DNA of 63,980 nucleotides, counting the filler, from Craspedostauros australis (Eukaryota): the NCBI GenBank assembly GCA_030167865.1. It is 9 parts of 9 records of this genome, joined end to end, with 100 filler letters (N's around TTAATTAATTAA, not from the genome) between each part and the next. Parts side by side here need not be neighbours in the genome. Positions count along the whole stretch, not along the records: positions 1 to 21,605 come from JALAGF010005464.1; 8 more parts are not named here. One strand, written 5' to 3'. The stretch's first letter is position 1. Every line of letters begins with the position of its first letter. The position numbers and the translations under genes were made by a program. The notes beneath the pieces were generated by a model. It saw only the letters and a list, made by a program, of their open reading frames with translations, was not told the origin of the DNA and did not search any database. Positions 10,072-21,705 of the stretch are shown piece by piece.

Positions 10072-13000
10072 TTATGGTAAATCGTTCGATCTCGATCGTT
10101 CGGACGATTCCGGCAACGCTGGAACGACAACGTCCGATTCCCCTTTTTCTCGCACCACGGCTTCGAGGCCGGCGAGCTGAGCCTCCAGGTATCTGGCATG
10201 GTCGTCAAGTCGTTCCCTCATCCGAATCAGATGCTCCACCTTACCTCTATTGCAGTAATCCAGTAAGGTTTCCATGTACCGTTTCGGGATCACCCTGTTG
10301 CCGAACCTTCTGGAAATTTGCATGCATTCCCGAGCGCCAGGCTTTCGCCTTGGAACTTTCGTGGAAGTGGGCATGGCAGGATTATCTGACGCTGGCGTTC
10401 TTGGCGTCGACATGGACGGGACTATAGTTGGCGACACTGTCCCCCCAGCGGGCGTCTTCGGTACTTCGGGCGCTGCTGTAGCGGCTGCTGGGGGCATGGT
10501 CGGAGACGCTTTCCGCATTCCACCATCTTTCTTCGTCACAGATGCCGCTGATGATGCTTGTGCTTTCATCGTTGGCATTGACGCTGCTGTCGCTGGTATT
10601 GGCGCTACTGCTTTGGTGGGCGTTGCTGGTGATCCTGATGGCACTGGTGCCGTCTTTGCAGGAACTGCTTGTACGATCGGTGCGGCAACTGCTTTGATTG
10701 GTTCAGACGCTATGGCTGGTTTTGGTGCAGTCGATGTCGCTGTCTTTGGAACTTCAGTGTGTGGCTGCTGAGGTATCTTCGGCTGCTGCGTACTGTTGAT
10801 GGATTCACTGAAAGATGGCATTGGGTTTGGCGTTGGAACTGTTTTGGAAGTGCTTGTACTCCCATGCGCTGATAGCATCGTCGCAGCAGGCGTAGCTTTG
10901 ACCGGTGCAGCAGGTGCTGGCTGACCACTGCGCACTACCTCTGCGGAATGAACGCTGACAGAAACAGCGCCAATGCTAGTGCCAGTATCATTGTTGGTTG
11001 TCGCCGTTGCTCTCATTCGTTGCTGCGATTGCTTCGATGCAATGTTGGTGTCTAACGCTGGCTGTGAGATTGACGGTGCTGGGTTTTGGAGGCCACCGAC
11101 GTTCTGTTGGATGTCATTGCTAGCGATGCTGACGTTGCTGACTGTCGGCCTTGTGTTCGCTGTTTTGGGTGTTTTCAAGTCGACAAGTGCGGCTGTCTTG
11201 ACCGGTGCAGAAGAGTTTGCCTTCCTGGTTTCAGTTGCAGGAGGTTTGAGTTTTGAATCTGCCGACTTGGTTTGGGCTGCGGTCGCTGGTGGTGGCTGCA
11301 GAGCAATTTTGGTGTGTGCGTTCACCGCTGCTTCGGTGCTGACAATGGTATCAGTTGACGCGCAGCTAAGATCATCCCTGGTTCCGGTCGTTTGGGCAGC
11401 CGATTTCGGAGTGTCTGCCGATTTCGTACTAGCATGCACGGAACTCTTGAGACTTTCGGTCTGCCCCTGTTCCTGCTTTTGCCGTTTGGCTTGTCTCTGC
11501 CTTGTTGGACTTGGACGTTTGGCCGCCTCCTTTGACTTGTCCGAGCTCTTGTTCTTGTCAGATCGTAGCAATTGGTCACCTTCTTCAATTTCATCATGGA
11601 ACGAGGTCCGCTTCACGATTCTGCCACTTCGGCTTTGCAGGATGGGCTTGTCAACAACACTGGGCTTCGGACTTGATGCAAAGCTCCGACCGGAAACTGC
11701 GCTCTCAGAACTGGAGCCAGTTTTGTGTTCGGTCCCAATTGCACGAGCCTGGGCTTTGTCCGGACTTGGATTGGCATCGCCTGTTGTCTTTGGTTTGCGT
11801 TGTGCCGGGCATTCTTCATGATCGTTTGCATAGGACAGTGTCCGCTTGTTGCCGGAAGCAGTTCTGTGGGAGTTATCATGTATGCTGCTCTTCGAATCGG
11901 ATTGCTTCTGCATCGCGACGTTGGCTGCTTTTGGGGAATTTTTCGGAGACCGTCCGCGTTTCCTGGCAGGCGGCGAGAGTGAACGTGATGCCGCGGCTGG
12001 CTTTGCGGTCGATGACGGTGCATTCTTTGGCGGGCGGCCTCGCTTTCGAGGTATTGGTGCAGACAGCGCAGCGGCTAAAGCGGCAGAAATGGATGGTTGG
12101 TTTGCCTCTTGCTGGACCTTCTGTTTTGGCGGGCGCCCTCGTGGCCGACCTGTGCCAGTCTTTCCAGTTGACTTTGCGGGCGACGGAGTCTTCGGCCTGC
12201 TTGGTGAGGATCTGGGAGTTTGAGCTTTGGTTGCGCGGCTTGCTGATGCCTTCGGCGAGAGCTGCGCGGGCTGTTGCTTGGTGCGCGATTTCGGCATTCT
12301 CAGATCGGAACGTGACCTTGAGCATGCATCCTTGTCGCCGCTTGCTTTGGTTGGCGTGCGACGTCGTGACTCTCTTTCGACGTTGTCAATCTGTTTTTTG
12401 TGTTCATCGCATGTGGGACAGAACCATTTGTCCGTCGGCACAGTCTTCAGCGGAGGGTCAAGACAGAAGGTGTGGTACTCAGCATCGCACTGATCGCAGA
12501 GCAGCAATTTGGATTTGGCGTGCTTGCCGAAACAAACGCGGCAGGCGCAGAAACAGCAGATCATGACTGCGCTGTCGTCTTTGCAGAAATTGCACCAGAC
12601 AACGACATCTGGATCTGACTGTTCACCTTCCGCTCTTGTTCCTTCTTTTGCTTTTGTGCTGGGCCCTGGCGCGTCGGCGTTTTGCTTTCGGGCCTTTCGA
12701 CCTGATCGGGTGTCGCCATCAGATCCTTTTGAAGCATCATTGGAAGACTCTGGTTTGAGCGGCGTCTCATCTGATCTCCATTCGGAATCAGCACAAGTCT
12801 GTGGATTGAACAAGATGGGCTGCTTCCTTTGTCTGCCGCTGCGAGTTGTTGTTGGTGGCGGCGTGGCTGGAAGCGTGGGTTCGGTCACTGGAAGTGCAGC
12901 AGAAGTAGATGCAATTGTTGGCGTTTTGGCAGTTGTCACTTTTGCCTCGGCATCTGTTTTCGCACTGCCAGCAGGAGCAGGAGCAGTAGGATCGATGCCC

Positions 13001-14923
13001 ATGCTTTTCGCAGCCGCATCCGCATCCGCATTAACATCGACATCTGCCTTCGCCTTTGATTCCGCGTCGGCGTCGGCGTCCGCATTTGCAGCAGATGCCT
13101 TGTCCTTTGTGGATATTGAATTGGCATCTTTCTCTGTTGCAGAAGTGGTGTTGGATTTCTCCTTTGTCCCAAATTCCGCAGCCGCAGCAGCAGCCATGGC
13201 AGCACCGGCGAGTCCATCCTTCGAAAGGTCTGATTTGGCCTGTGGTGTGGATTTCGTCGTTTGGTCATCTGCAGTTTTGCTTGGTGTGGCTGGAGAAGAT
13301 TCTTTTTCTGTGTCGCGCTTTTCATTGCTGGCAGTAGCGATCTTTGTCTCTGCTTGATTCGTCTCATTGACAGTCTCGGAAACGCCACCATCCTTGGAAT
13401 CGCCACTCGTTGTCTCCGCACGTTTCGGCTTGGCAGCAGACTGCTGAGCGCGCAACTTCTTCATCTCACGAATTGCCCGCGAGGCAGCCTTGTAGATCTT
13501 TGAGTGCCTTTTGTATGGGCCGAAGATGCCGTGGATGATGCACTCGGCACAACTCCAATCACCTTTGCAATCAATTTTGAAAATGGCAGCGCATGGTACG
13601 TACGTAATGAGGTTGGCGCAAATCATCGATGGAGACGGCGTCCACGATGGTGATGATATTCCGTTCATCGTAAGTATATGCGCATGCGAATGTGAGTGAG
13701 GGTGTTAGAGAGATGAGTAGTGTTTGTGCAACTGATGCTGTTCGGTGCCGCGCTCGGGACGATTGCTCTTCTGCTACAACATGCACCGCATTGTGTATTG
13801 TATCATCTTCCACCCGACCAACTTACCGGTTGGGAGTGACGTGAGGGCAGGTCTTACGCATTGGATGTGATAGGCAAGAGTGCATGTGCTGCAGCACAGC
13901 AACTCGCCTGCATTGCATTGTGTGTGTTATGCGGAATGGAATGGAAGAGCAGAAGAAGTACGTCATTGATCGCAAGGAATGCAAAATGAGTTGGTTGTGA
14001 GGCGTTCAATCACCGCGGTGCGTCCATACGTAATGATTCCAGCAAACGACTGTTCCATAATCTTTCCTCACCTCCCTTGCTACAGACGTCACAAACGTCG
14101 TTGTGCTGATCGAGGAACTCTTGCGAGTCCATGGATTCCATCGAACTTTCGTCGCCTTTGTGTGCGGAATGGACCTGGAGCTTCCTCTGCTTCCTGTTGG
14201 GTCTGCGGTCGTTATTTGTGCTTCCTTTTGGTCTCCCTTTCGTGTTTGAATGTTCAACAGCAGCGGCAACATCATCTTCCGGCTTGTCTGTTCGTTGGTC
14301 ACTGTTGCTGTTTTCATCATGTTCGCTTCCAGCCTTTCCAGTCCTGCCGCTATGCTCCTTGCCGGCTTTCTTGCTAGCGCTGCCCTCTTCCTCGCTATCA
14401 TCGGTGGCATCATCATGGCTGCTTGAATCGCTGCTACTGCTTTCGCTGTCATCGCCACTGTCGTCACTTTCATCACTGCTTGATTTCTTGGGTTGCATAC
14501 GTTCCAAAGCGTACTGGTAAAACGCAATTGCGTGCTCCGAGTTGGATTTCCTACCGGGGCCAACCCGCTTCTTCTCTTCGCTGCCAAGTGCATTCATATG
14601 GATGCGGATAGGATATCCCAATGTTGATTCCAATGCAATGCAGCGACGCAACGTTCTGTGAGTGTTTTGTGGAGGGAATCGCAGTATGCTCGGATCGCTG
14701 ATTGCCTTCATCCATCCAAAGCATGCATTCGTGCACTCGCATGATCACAAACAGAACTCGATCTGTTCCATACTCACTGTTTGCTTCGGATTCCCTCCAG
14801 CGTTCCTCGCAAGGACTCTTCACATCGCTTCTTGTCGCCGCCAAAGCCCCGCAGCAAGGCATCCACCTTTTCTTCCCATGCCACAGGACGCGGAGCTGCT
14901 CGCAGATACTTCTTCGTGACCAT
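10072..14923 (-). CDS. Chromatin protein with two PHD fingers and AT-hooks; 4 exons (14923-14778, 14580-14072, 13907-13827, 13562-10072), ~1408 aa
   Basis: Three GT-AG introns with matching phases rebuild PHD1 CDVCSKGGELLCCSTCTLAYHIQC..GDWSCAEC. PHD2 is CACRVC..LLLCDQCDAEYHTFCLDPPL..WFCPTC. AT-hooks GRPRGRPPK and RKRGRPPK. Long S/T/A/P/K-rich disordered regions. Exon 1 is less certain than the others. Confidence 0.8.
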
Positions 14924-15188
14924 GATGGATTCTGGTGGATTGCGCTGTTTTCGCTTTTGTCGAGACGGTGCTGTTTGACCTCGAACCGGATGAGTGTGGT
15001 GTTGCCGTCAGTGTTGGCGTTGGACGATGCGAACGCAACCAGCAAGTGCAGAAGCGAAGAGGTTGTGCGGGGTCTCCTCTCCGTTGATTCCTGATCGCGT
15101 GACTTGGCTTCGTCCTCGTTGCTGGCAACTTTGGATTTCTTTTTGACCTGTGCTTCCAGGGCTGAAAGATTGGACAGGTGCACACACT

Positions 15189-15212
15189 CGCTCTCTCTCT
15201 CTCTCTCTCTCG
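15189..15212. repeat. (CT)n microsatellite
   Basis: CTCTCT run in the divergent intergenic region between the PHD gene and AlaX. Confidence 0.8.
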
Positions 15213-15669
15213 CTCTTGTTGACGTCTTGTGGACGACGTTGCCGATGTCGGAGATGGATGGCCTCTCTTTGCGTCTGCTCGTGTGGAGGCAGTGGGGTGG
15301 CGACGATGGTGGGGGGTGGAGTCGCAAGTCACCACACACAACCGCTGTGGCTGAGGGCGTTTGCCCTTGTTTGTTTGTGTCCATGTCTCGATCACGAATG
15401 AATCGTGTGTGCCATCGCTAGATTGCTATTCAAAGGCTAGAGCGGGATCTTCAACACAACAATTCTTGTTCTCCTTTTCTTCGCTATCTTTGTGACAAGT
15501 TCCGGCTGTTCTGCCATCACCGCTTCGGGCGCCCAAAAGTAGGCGCAAAGAACACACAAAGAAGACGCAAAGATTGCGATCATCACCTGTCTGCCTCCCT
15601 CCATCCATCAACGAACAAAGCGCAGAGCAGACAACACTGAGTTCACCAACGAGAACGACGACAGCAACG

Positions 15670-16533
15670 ATGACGAACGCCTGCGTGGACGTGTCTCCGA
15701 CGGAGATGATTTACATGACGTACGACGGCAACTTCGAGATGCGGTGCGATGCCAAGATCCTTCATACGCAAGCCGTCGAAGTGGAGGGCGACGCAGCAGA
15801 CAGCGACGCGCAGACCGTCCACGTCTACCTAGATCGCACAGTGCTGCATGCGCAAGGAGGTGGTCAGCCGACCGATATCGGGACGATGAAGATCGAGACA
15901 GGCGCCAGCACTGTGGCCGTGCAGGTGGAGAAGGTCACGATGGATCGATCGACCGGCGTTGCGTTGCATCGTGGCAAGGTGATGCAATCGACAGCAGAGG
16001 CCGAGGATGGCGTGCATGCATCTATCGACGACGTGAAAGTTGGCGACAAGGTTCACGTTGAGGTGGATGCCGACAACCGGCAGATACTGTCGGAATGCCA
16101 CACTGCAGGACACGTCGTGGATTCCGCCATGGCGCGTTGCGGATCTGTGCTGCCACCTTCCAAGGCGTACCACTTCTTGGATGGACCCTACGTCGAGTAC
16201 AAAGGCAAGATCCCCGCCGAGGAACGCAACGCGCTGCTTGCCAAGCTCAAGGTGGCGTTCCAAGAGTTGGTCGAGGAGGACATCTGCACCAAGATCGCCG
16301 TGCTGTCCAAGTCTGATGCCGAGGCCGTCTGCAACCGAGTGGCAGAGAACTACTTCAACATGGAGGATTTTGACGATGACAACGTTCGGATCGTGACGGT
16401 CGCTGGGTGGCCGTGTCCATGTGGCGGCACGCACGTCCGCAGCACAGGAAATCTGAAAGAACGCAAGTGGGGTGTCACTGGATTGAAATGCAAGAAGGGG
16501 GTTGTGCGAGTCAAGTACGGCAAGGACTGTTAG
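15670..16533 (+). CDS. Free-standing alanyl-tRNA editing protein (AlaX family)
   Basis: N-terminal LDRT.LHAQGGGQP.D.G. Zn-binding HxxxH (HTAGH) and CxxxH (CGGTHV) of the AlaRS/ThrRS editing domain. Single exon. Confidence 0.88.
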   Translation: MTNACVDVSPTEMIYMTYDGNFEMRCDAKILHTQAVEVEGDAADSDAQTVHVYLDRTVLHAQGGGQPTDIGTMKIETGASTVAVQVEKVTMDRSTGVALHRGKVMQSTAEAEDGVHASIDDVKVGDKVHVEVDADNRQILSECHTAGHVVDSAMARCGSVLPPSKAYHFLDGPYVEYKGKIPAEERNALLAKLKVAFQELVEEDICTKIAVLSKSDAEAVCNRVAENYFNMEDFDDDNVRIVTVAGWPCPCGGTHVRSTGNLKERKWGVTGLKCKKGVVRVKYGKDC

Positions 16534-17816
16534 CACAGCGATTCGAGGATAGGCTGTGAGAATCTACGACCATGGTGGTCTCTTCGTTTTAAGACCCGGT
16601 TACTCTAGGAAGCGTGCATCTGAGCCGTAATGACTTTTATGACCTATCTGAAACTTTGCACACAGATAGAACTATAGGTGGAGGGCTACTGTGTGAAATA
16701 TTGCCCCCCCTACGAGCATTATTATAAGAGTTATAAGCATCTAGGCTAACCTCTACACGCCGGCCGCGCCACAAGATACCCTCGCAGTGGCCCGTGTTAA
16801 AACTTTTTAGCCTTTCCTCCGACATCGCCCGTCAAGCCAAGGATGTTGTGAGTTTAGACAACAACATGTGTCCAAACCTGGATGGCTTGGCTTTTGGACG
16901 TCGTACACATGGTCGGAAGACAGTCTCAGTCGACGTTCTCCAGACGTTATCCACACACATCTTTCCAGATTCTCGTACCGCGGATAGACGTGGAATTGCC
17001 TTCTTCAATTTCCTGGGCTTCTCGATTTCGCTTNNNNNNNNNNNNNNNNNNNNNNNNNNNNNNNNNNNNNNNNNNNNNNNNNNTCGTACCGCGGATAGAC
17101 GTGGAATTGCCTTCTTCAATTTCCTGGGCTTCTCGATTTCGCTTCGATCGAAGTCGTCGATGTTCGAATTCCTTCTTGTGGGAAAAGGATTCTTCGTTTT
17201 CGTTTCGGCTTGTGGGTTGGCATGCTTTTTCCTCGGTTGTACGGACGTTAACAGTTGCGAATGTCCCATCTGTCCGCAACTTTCGTCTCATGCTCCCTTA
17301 AATGAAGAAATGTCCCGATGTGACAAATGCATACGTCGTTGACTTTGTTGCCAGAGAGGACGGGTGCCCGATCAAACGAACTGTGTGTCGAATTGATGGC
17401 TCTCGACCAGATCGATCAAGTGTCGAATTGGATTTTGGGAGGGTCTTCTTGTGTCTCTGGAGGTGGTTCTCTTGGGCCCCGCTTGCAACACACAACACGT
17501 CTTGAGATGCCGAAATCATCAAGTCGTGAAGTTTGGAAGAGCCCGCCCACTGGCTGATGACAGATGTTCACACAGAGAAAGCAGACTTGTGCGCCGTCGT
17601 CCTTGTTGGGGTGGAAGCAAATGCGTTTTCGCAGTCATTTGGTCTCGTCGATCTTTTGCTATTCCACACGCAAGCACGATGTCCAACGCACTGCAACGTT
17701 CATTGAGGACGAGCGCCCTGGTGGGCTGTATTCACAACAAAGGAGAGGCATCCAATGCCGCAATACGACTACCATCGAAGCACAGCATCAACGGAACATC
17801 CGAAAGTGACATCCGA

Positions 17817-18150
17817 GCATGACACCCTGACATGGCATCATGGCATGGCATCGCAGAATGGCATCGACGCATGACATCACAGCATGGCATCACAGAATGG
17901 CAGATCATCACGGCATGGTATTGCATCACAAGATGGCATCACAAAATGGCACAACGGCATGGCGTCACGGCACAGCGTCATGGCATGGCATCACAGCATG
18001 GCATCGCAGAATGCCATCGAAGCACAGCATCACAACATGGCGTCACGGCATGACGTCACAGCACGGCATCACACCATAGCATGGCATCACAACATGCCAC
18101 CACGGCATGCCATCACAGCATGACACCGCAGCATGACATCGCAGCATTTC
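17817..18150. repeat. Degenerate ~14-bp minisatellite (GCATGGCATCACAG-like)
   Basis: Many imperfect copies of catggcatcacag/catggcgtcacgg; variants differ mostly at CG/TG/CA positions. Confidence 0.8.
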
Positions 18151-18159
18151 AACACAGCT

Positions 18160-19330
18160 CTCTTTTGTTGGATGATTGACAGACATTGTGGGATACGATC
18201 CTCGCTGTACAGTCACTTGACATGCAGTCAGATCGCCCTGCCCAATCTGAACCCAGCACGCGATCGCACAACACACTTGAGCACACAGGGTGAGTGATGA
18301 AGGGATGATGGCCAATGTTGTCCTCGTCACCAAATGAGTCCACTGGCATTTGAGCACTCAACACAACATCAACAGAGCTCAGCACACGGAGCATGCTGAG
18401 TCAGAGATAGATGGCCGCCATCGATGCCATCAAAACTGCAAAGTGGATCCGCTGCGGTTGAATTACCCTACGTGCCACACATCAACACAGCAGAATGCAC
18501 ACGAGCAGATGATGAGCCATGGAGAGCCGATGTCGGATGCGACCCTCCCTGCTCAGCGCCAGGCCATGCGGATTGCATCGCTGCAAGCAACATCGACACA
18601 GCACACCACGAGCAAACATATGGTGATAGATGGAGAGATGCCTGTTTGATTTGATTGTAATTGCGATGCAAATCACTGTGCACATGGATTGCCAGTGTGG
18701 CATCTGCGCGGCACAACACGGTGGAGCATATGGTCAGAGAAGGAGAGACGCTGTCGGGCGTGATCCTCACTGCGAGGGGAATCGCTTCACGGTTGGATCA
18801 CTCCGCGGTTGAATCACCGGCCGCATCACAAGCGAGCACATGATGGGAAATAGACAGGCGCCGCCGGACGTGACCGTGGCTGCAAAGTGAATCCGCGGTG
18901 CATGGGTCATCCTGAGCACGACCGGCACAGGCTGTTGTATGCGAATCCGTCACCCACAAGTACAGCGCCAGAGATGGATAGATGCGGTGGGATGTGAATC
19001 TCATTGGGCAACGAAGCATCTTGCACGCGGATTGTACCCACACAACACCAACACTGCCAATCACACGCAATCCCATTACATGCGAACAGATGGTGATAGA
19101 AAGAGAGGTGGTGCAGCCAGAGGTGGTCCTCATGACGAAGCGAATCTGCTGCGGTTGGATCCTCCAGCGCATCACACACCATCAAAGTACATCAGAGCAC
19201 ATCAGAGCACATCAAGCGCGCGTATGGTGAAAGATGGAGACACGTTGTCGGATGCCGATCAGACCTTTTCAATGAATCGGCATGCGCTTGCGTCGATGGC
19301 AGCACATGGACACGATACGAGCACGATGGC
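18160..19330. repeat. Highly diverged ~110-130 bp tandem array
   Basis: A recurring GAGCA(T/C/G)ATG(G/A)T..AGA.GGAGAG-like motif at 18503, 18614, 18724, 18834, 19084 and 19218, plus a recurring G(G/A)ATC..CGCGGTTG motif. Confidence 0.55.
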
Positions 19331-19844
19331 ACCATGCAGCACAGCAGGATGTTGCCCCAAAGCACGTCAACACAGCGCAATGGCACAGTGCATTCGTTGC
19401 TGAAACGTCGACCCATGTGAGCATCGCATGGTACCAAAGCTTAAGAGAAATAGAGCAGATGGAATCGTGTGGAGTGGCTGCGGATTCAAACGGAGAAAAC
19501 GGCACTGCGATGAACCCAGAAACGAGAATATCATGGATGCTTTAGTGGCAGCACAGACGACACAAGGACAACACAGCGCTCATCGCCGTTGCGCGGCGCC
19601 TGGCACTCCGCACATCACAACGCAACACATCACATTCACCCCCTTTCTCCACAATCAATCCATTCGTCAAGCGAAAACACGAGAACAACAGCACCGTCGC
19701 TGCCACCACTGCCACCACCAACAACAACAATCACATCATCATTGACATGGCCAACCGTTCTCGCGTTGACTTGGTAGATAGGACCCTTCTCTCTCGGATA
19801 GCACCATACGAGTCGACAGTCCAAGCTGTGCCACGACAGCAGAA

Positions 19845-21584
19845 GTGAACGCAGAAGTGGCATCAGCCGCAGCGAAGACCACAGATGGTACCGTCGGAGA
19901 TCCGGCTGTTGCGCAAGACAACAGCAACACCAGCAATGGCACGAATGGCATGAATGCTACCATGAATAATGACATGGATAACGACGTGGACAACACAGAG
20001 GGAAACGCTGCGAACGACAGCATTTGCAAGAAGGAAAAACGAGGGGTGCTGGGATCATCGCGCAGGCGCGCCTCCTCTTTCGTTTACCTGACGTCCAAGG
20101 AGCATACCTTCTTGCAGGAACTTTCGATGCGTGGCATGGACAGCGAGATCGAACTGGTATGGGAGCGACTGCATCAGGGGGAGCTCATGTCCATGTCATC
20201 CATTTCTCACGTTGCCACTGCCAAGTCAGCAGATGATCAACCAATTGGCACAGATTCCACAAAGGCAGCCAATGAGATCAATCATGATGCTGACTCCACC
20301 ACTGCTACTACTTTGCAACTGCGACTTTGGCTGATGTGGAGTTGAAGGCAAACACAAGGCCACCACTGCCAAGACTCCCAAAGCCCATATCATTCGCGTC
20401 CAATGCAGATGGTCTTCAAAACGGTGATGTGAGTGGCATGAATTCAAAAGGTTCCGTCCGCAAGAAGATGGGCAGGTCCACGTCAGTGGGATCCGCCTGT
20501 CGCAACCCAGTGCTGCAGCAACGACATCAGCAGCAACCGGATGGCAAGGACTCGCCGCACATGCTTCTGTGGAAGGCGCACGAGCAAGGGCTGGGGACTT
20601 TGGTCACGACGTCGAATGCGATGGGTGCGGGAACGCTGTTCGTTCCAGCCGATGCGCCGCCACATCCCTGGCTGCAGTCGCAGGCACAAGCCAACCAAAG
20701 GGACAAATCGGCATCGACCAAACAATCGGCGTCAACCACAGCAACGCCTCCGACCATCATCCAGCCATTCCCATCCATGCTCCTGATTCCACAACTCCAA
20801 CGAAACAGAAGCCATGGCAGCAACAGCAGCAGCAACAGCTTGAGCAGATACGATAATTCCACCGCCGCGCCAGCAGCCAACAAGAGACTTTCATTCTGCG
20901 GCAGTGGTCACAACACCACCTTGGCCGCATCATCGTTGACCCCCGATGACATGCACCGCTTGCATGCTGCAGCGCACGCGATTTTCCGCAGCAAGGTGCA
21001 ACGCAGATCGATCAGACTCCCTGCCTCCGCCACTCTGCAGCAGAGGTTGAAAATGCAGCAGCAAAAGCAACAACAACAACAACGCGACATCCCAACTGCA
21101 AAACTCACACGCAAATATCAGCGTTCCCAATCGCTGACCGTCGCTGCAGTATCCTTTGCAAACAAGCCNNNNNNNNNNNNNNNNNNNNNACCAATGCCCA
21201 AGAGATCGTCGATGTCAAAATCACAGTTTGGTGCCCTCGCATCTCCGCCAATGCCGCTGGCCGCACGTGACAGGATACAATCTGTCACCTTTTTTGGAGT
21301 GAACAAACGATGGTACCACTCCAACACCAACTTCAACCTTTCGCAGGCCGAAGCTTCTGACTCGCAGACAGTCGGACACATTGGTCTACGCCTCGTCGTC
21401 GTCATTGCCAATCGACGATGCTCCTGTGCCAACGTCGCGACCAAGCACAGCTCGTCTTGCAAGGATCGCATCTGACGCAGGATCCATCGCGTCCTTTGCC
21501 AGCATCCGCCCCGCCGCCGCCATTCGAAGCGACTCATCCACGACGGTGGCGAGCATTGGCAATACGAGCATCCCACCGATCTAA
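19845..21584 (+). pseudogene. Disrupted or low-complexity hypothetical gene (frame-shifted ORFs 19845-20345 and 20327-21475)
   Basis: Coding-like S/Q/T-rich ORFs overlap in different frames, with an in-frame stop just upstream and no obvious splice sites that repair the frame. No recognisable family. Confidence 0.35.
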
Positions 21585-21605
21585 CCGGCAACAGCGCTGC
21601 GATCG

Positions 21606-21705
21606 NNNNNNNNNNNNNNNNNNNNNNNNNNNNNNNNNNNNNNNNNNNNTTAATTAATTAANNNNNNNNNNNNNNNNNNNNNNNNNNNNNNNNNNNNNNN
21701 NNNNN
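21606..21705. other. Artificial contig linker N44-TTAATTAATTAA-N44 (linker cores also at 25211, 40633, 42606, 44727, 50784, 60936, 62479)
   Basis: An identical 12-mer with stops in all six frames, centred in 100-nt N spacers, occurs eight times. Confidence 0.97.

Noticed and set aside
16794..17822. Several short ORFs after AlaX
   Set aside because: No recognisable motifs, and one is inflated by a duplicated gap flank (16973-17033 repeated after the Ns). Probably decayed repeat DNA.
18720..19260. LysM-like peptides (MVREGETLSG, MVKDGDTLSD)
   Set aside because: Only the first few LysM residues match; the rest of the domain and a continuous frame are absent.
18160..19330. CRISPR-like repeat-spacer array
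   Set aside because: Repeats are highly degenerate, there are no cas genes, and the context is eukaryotic.
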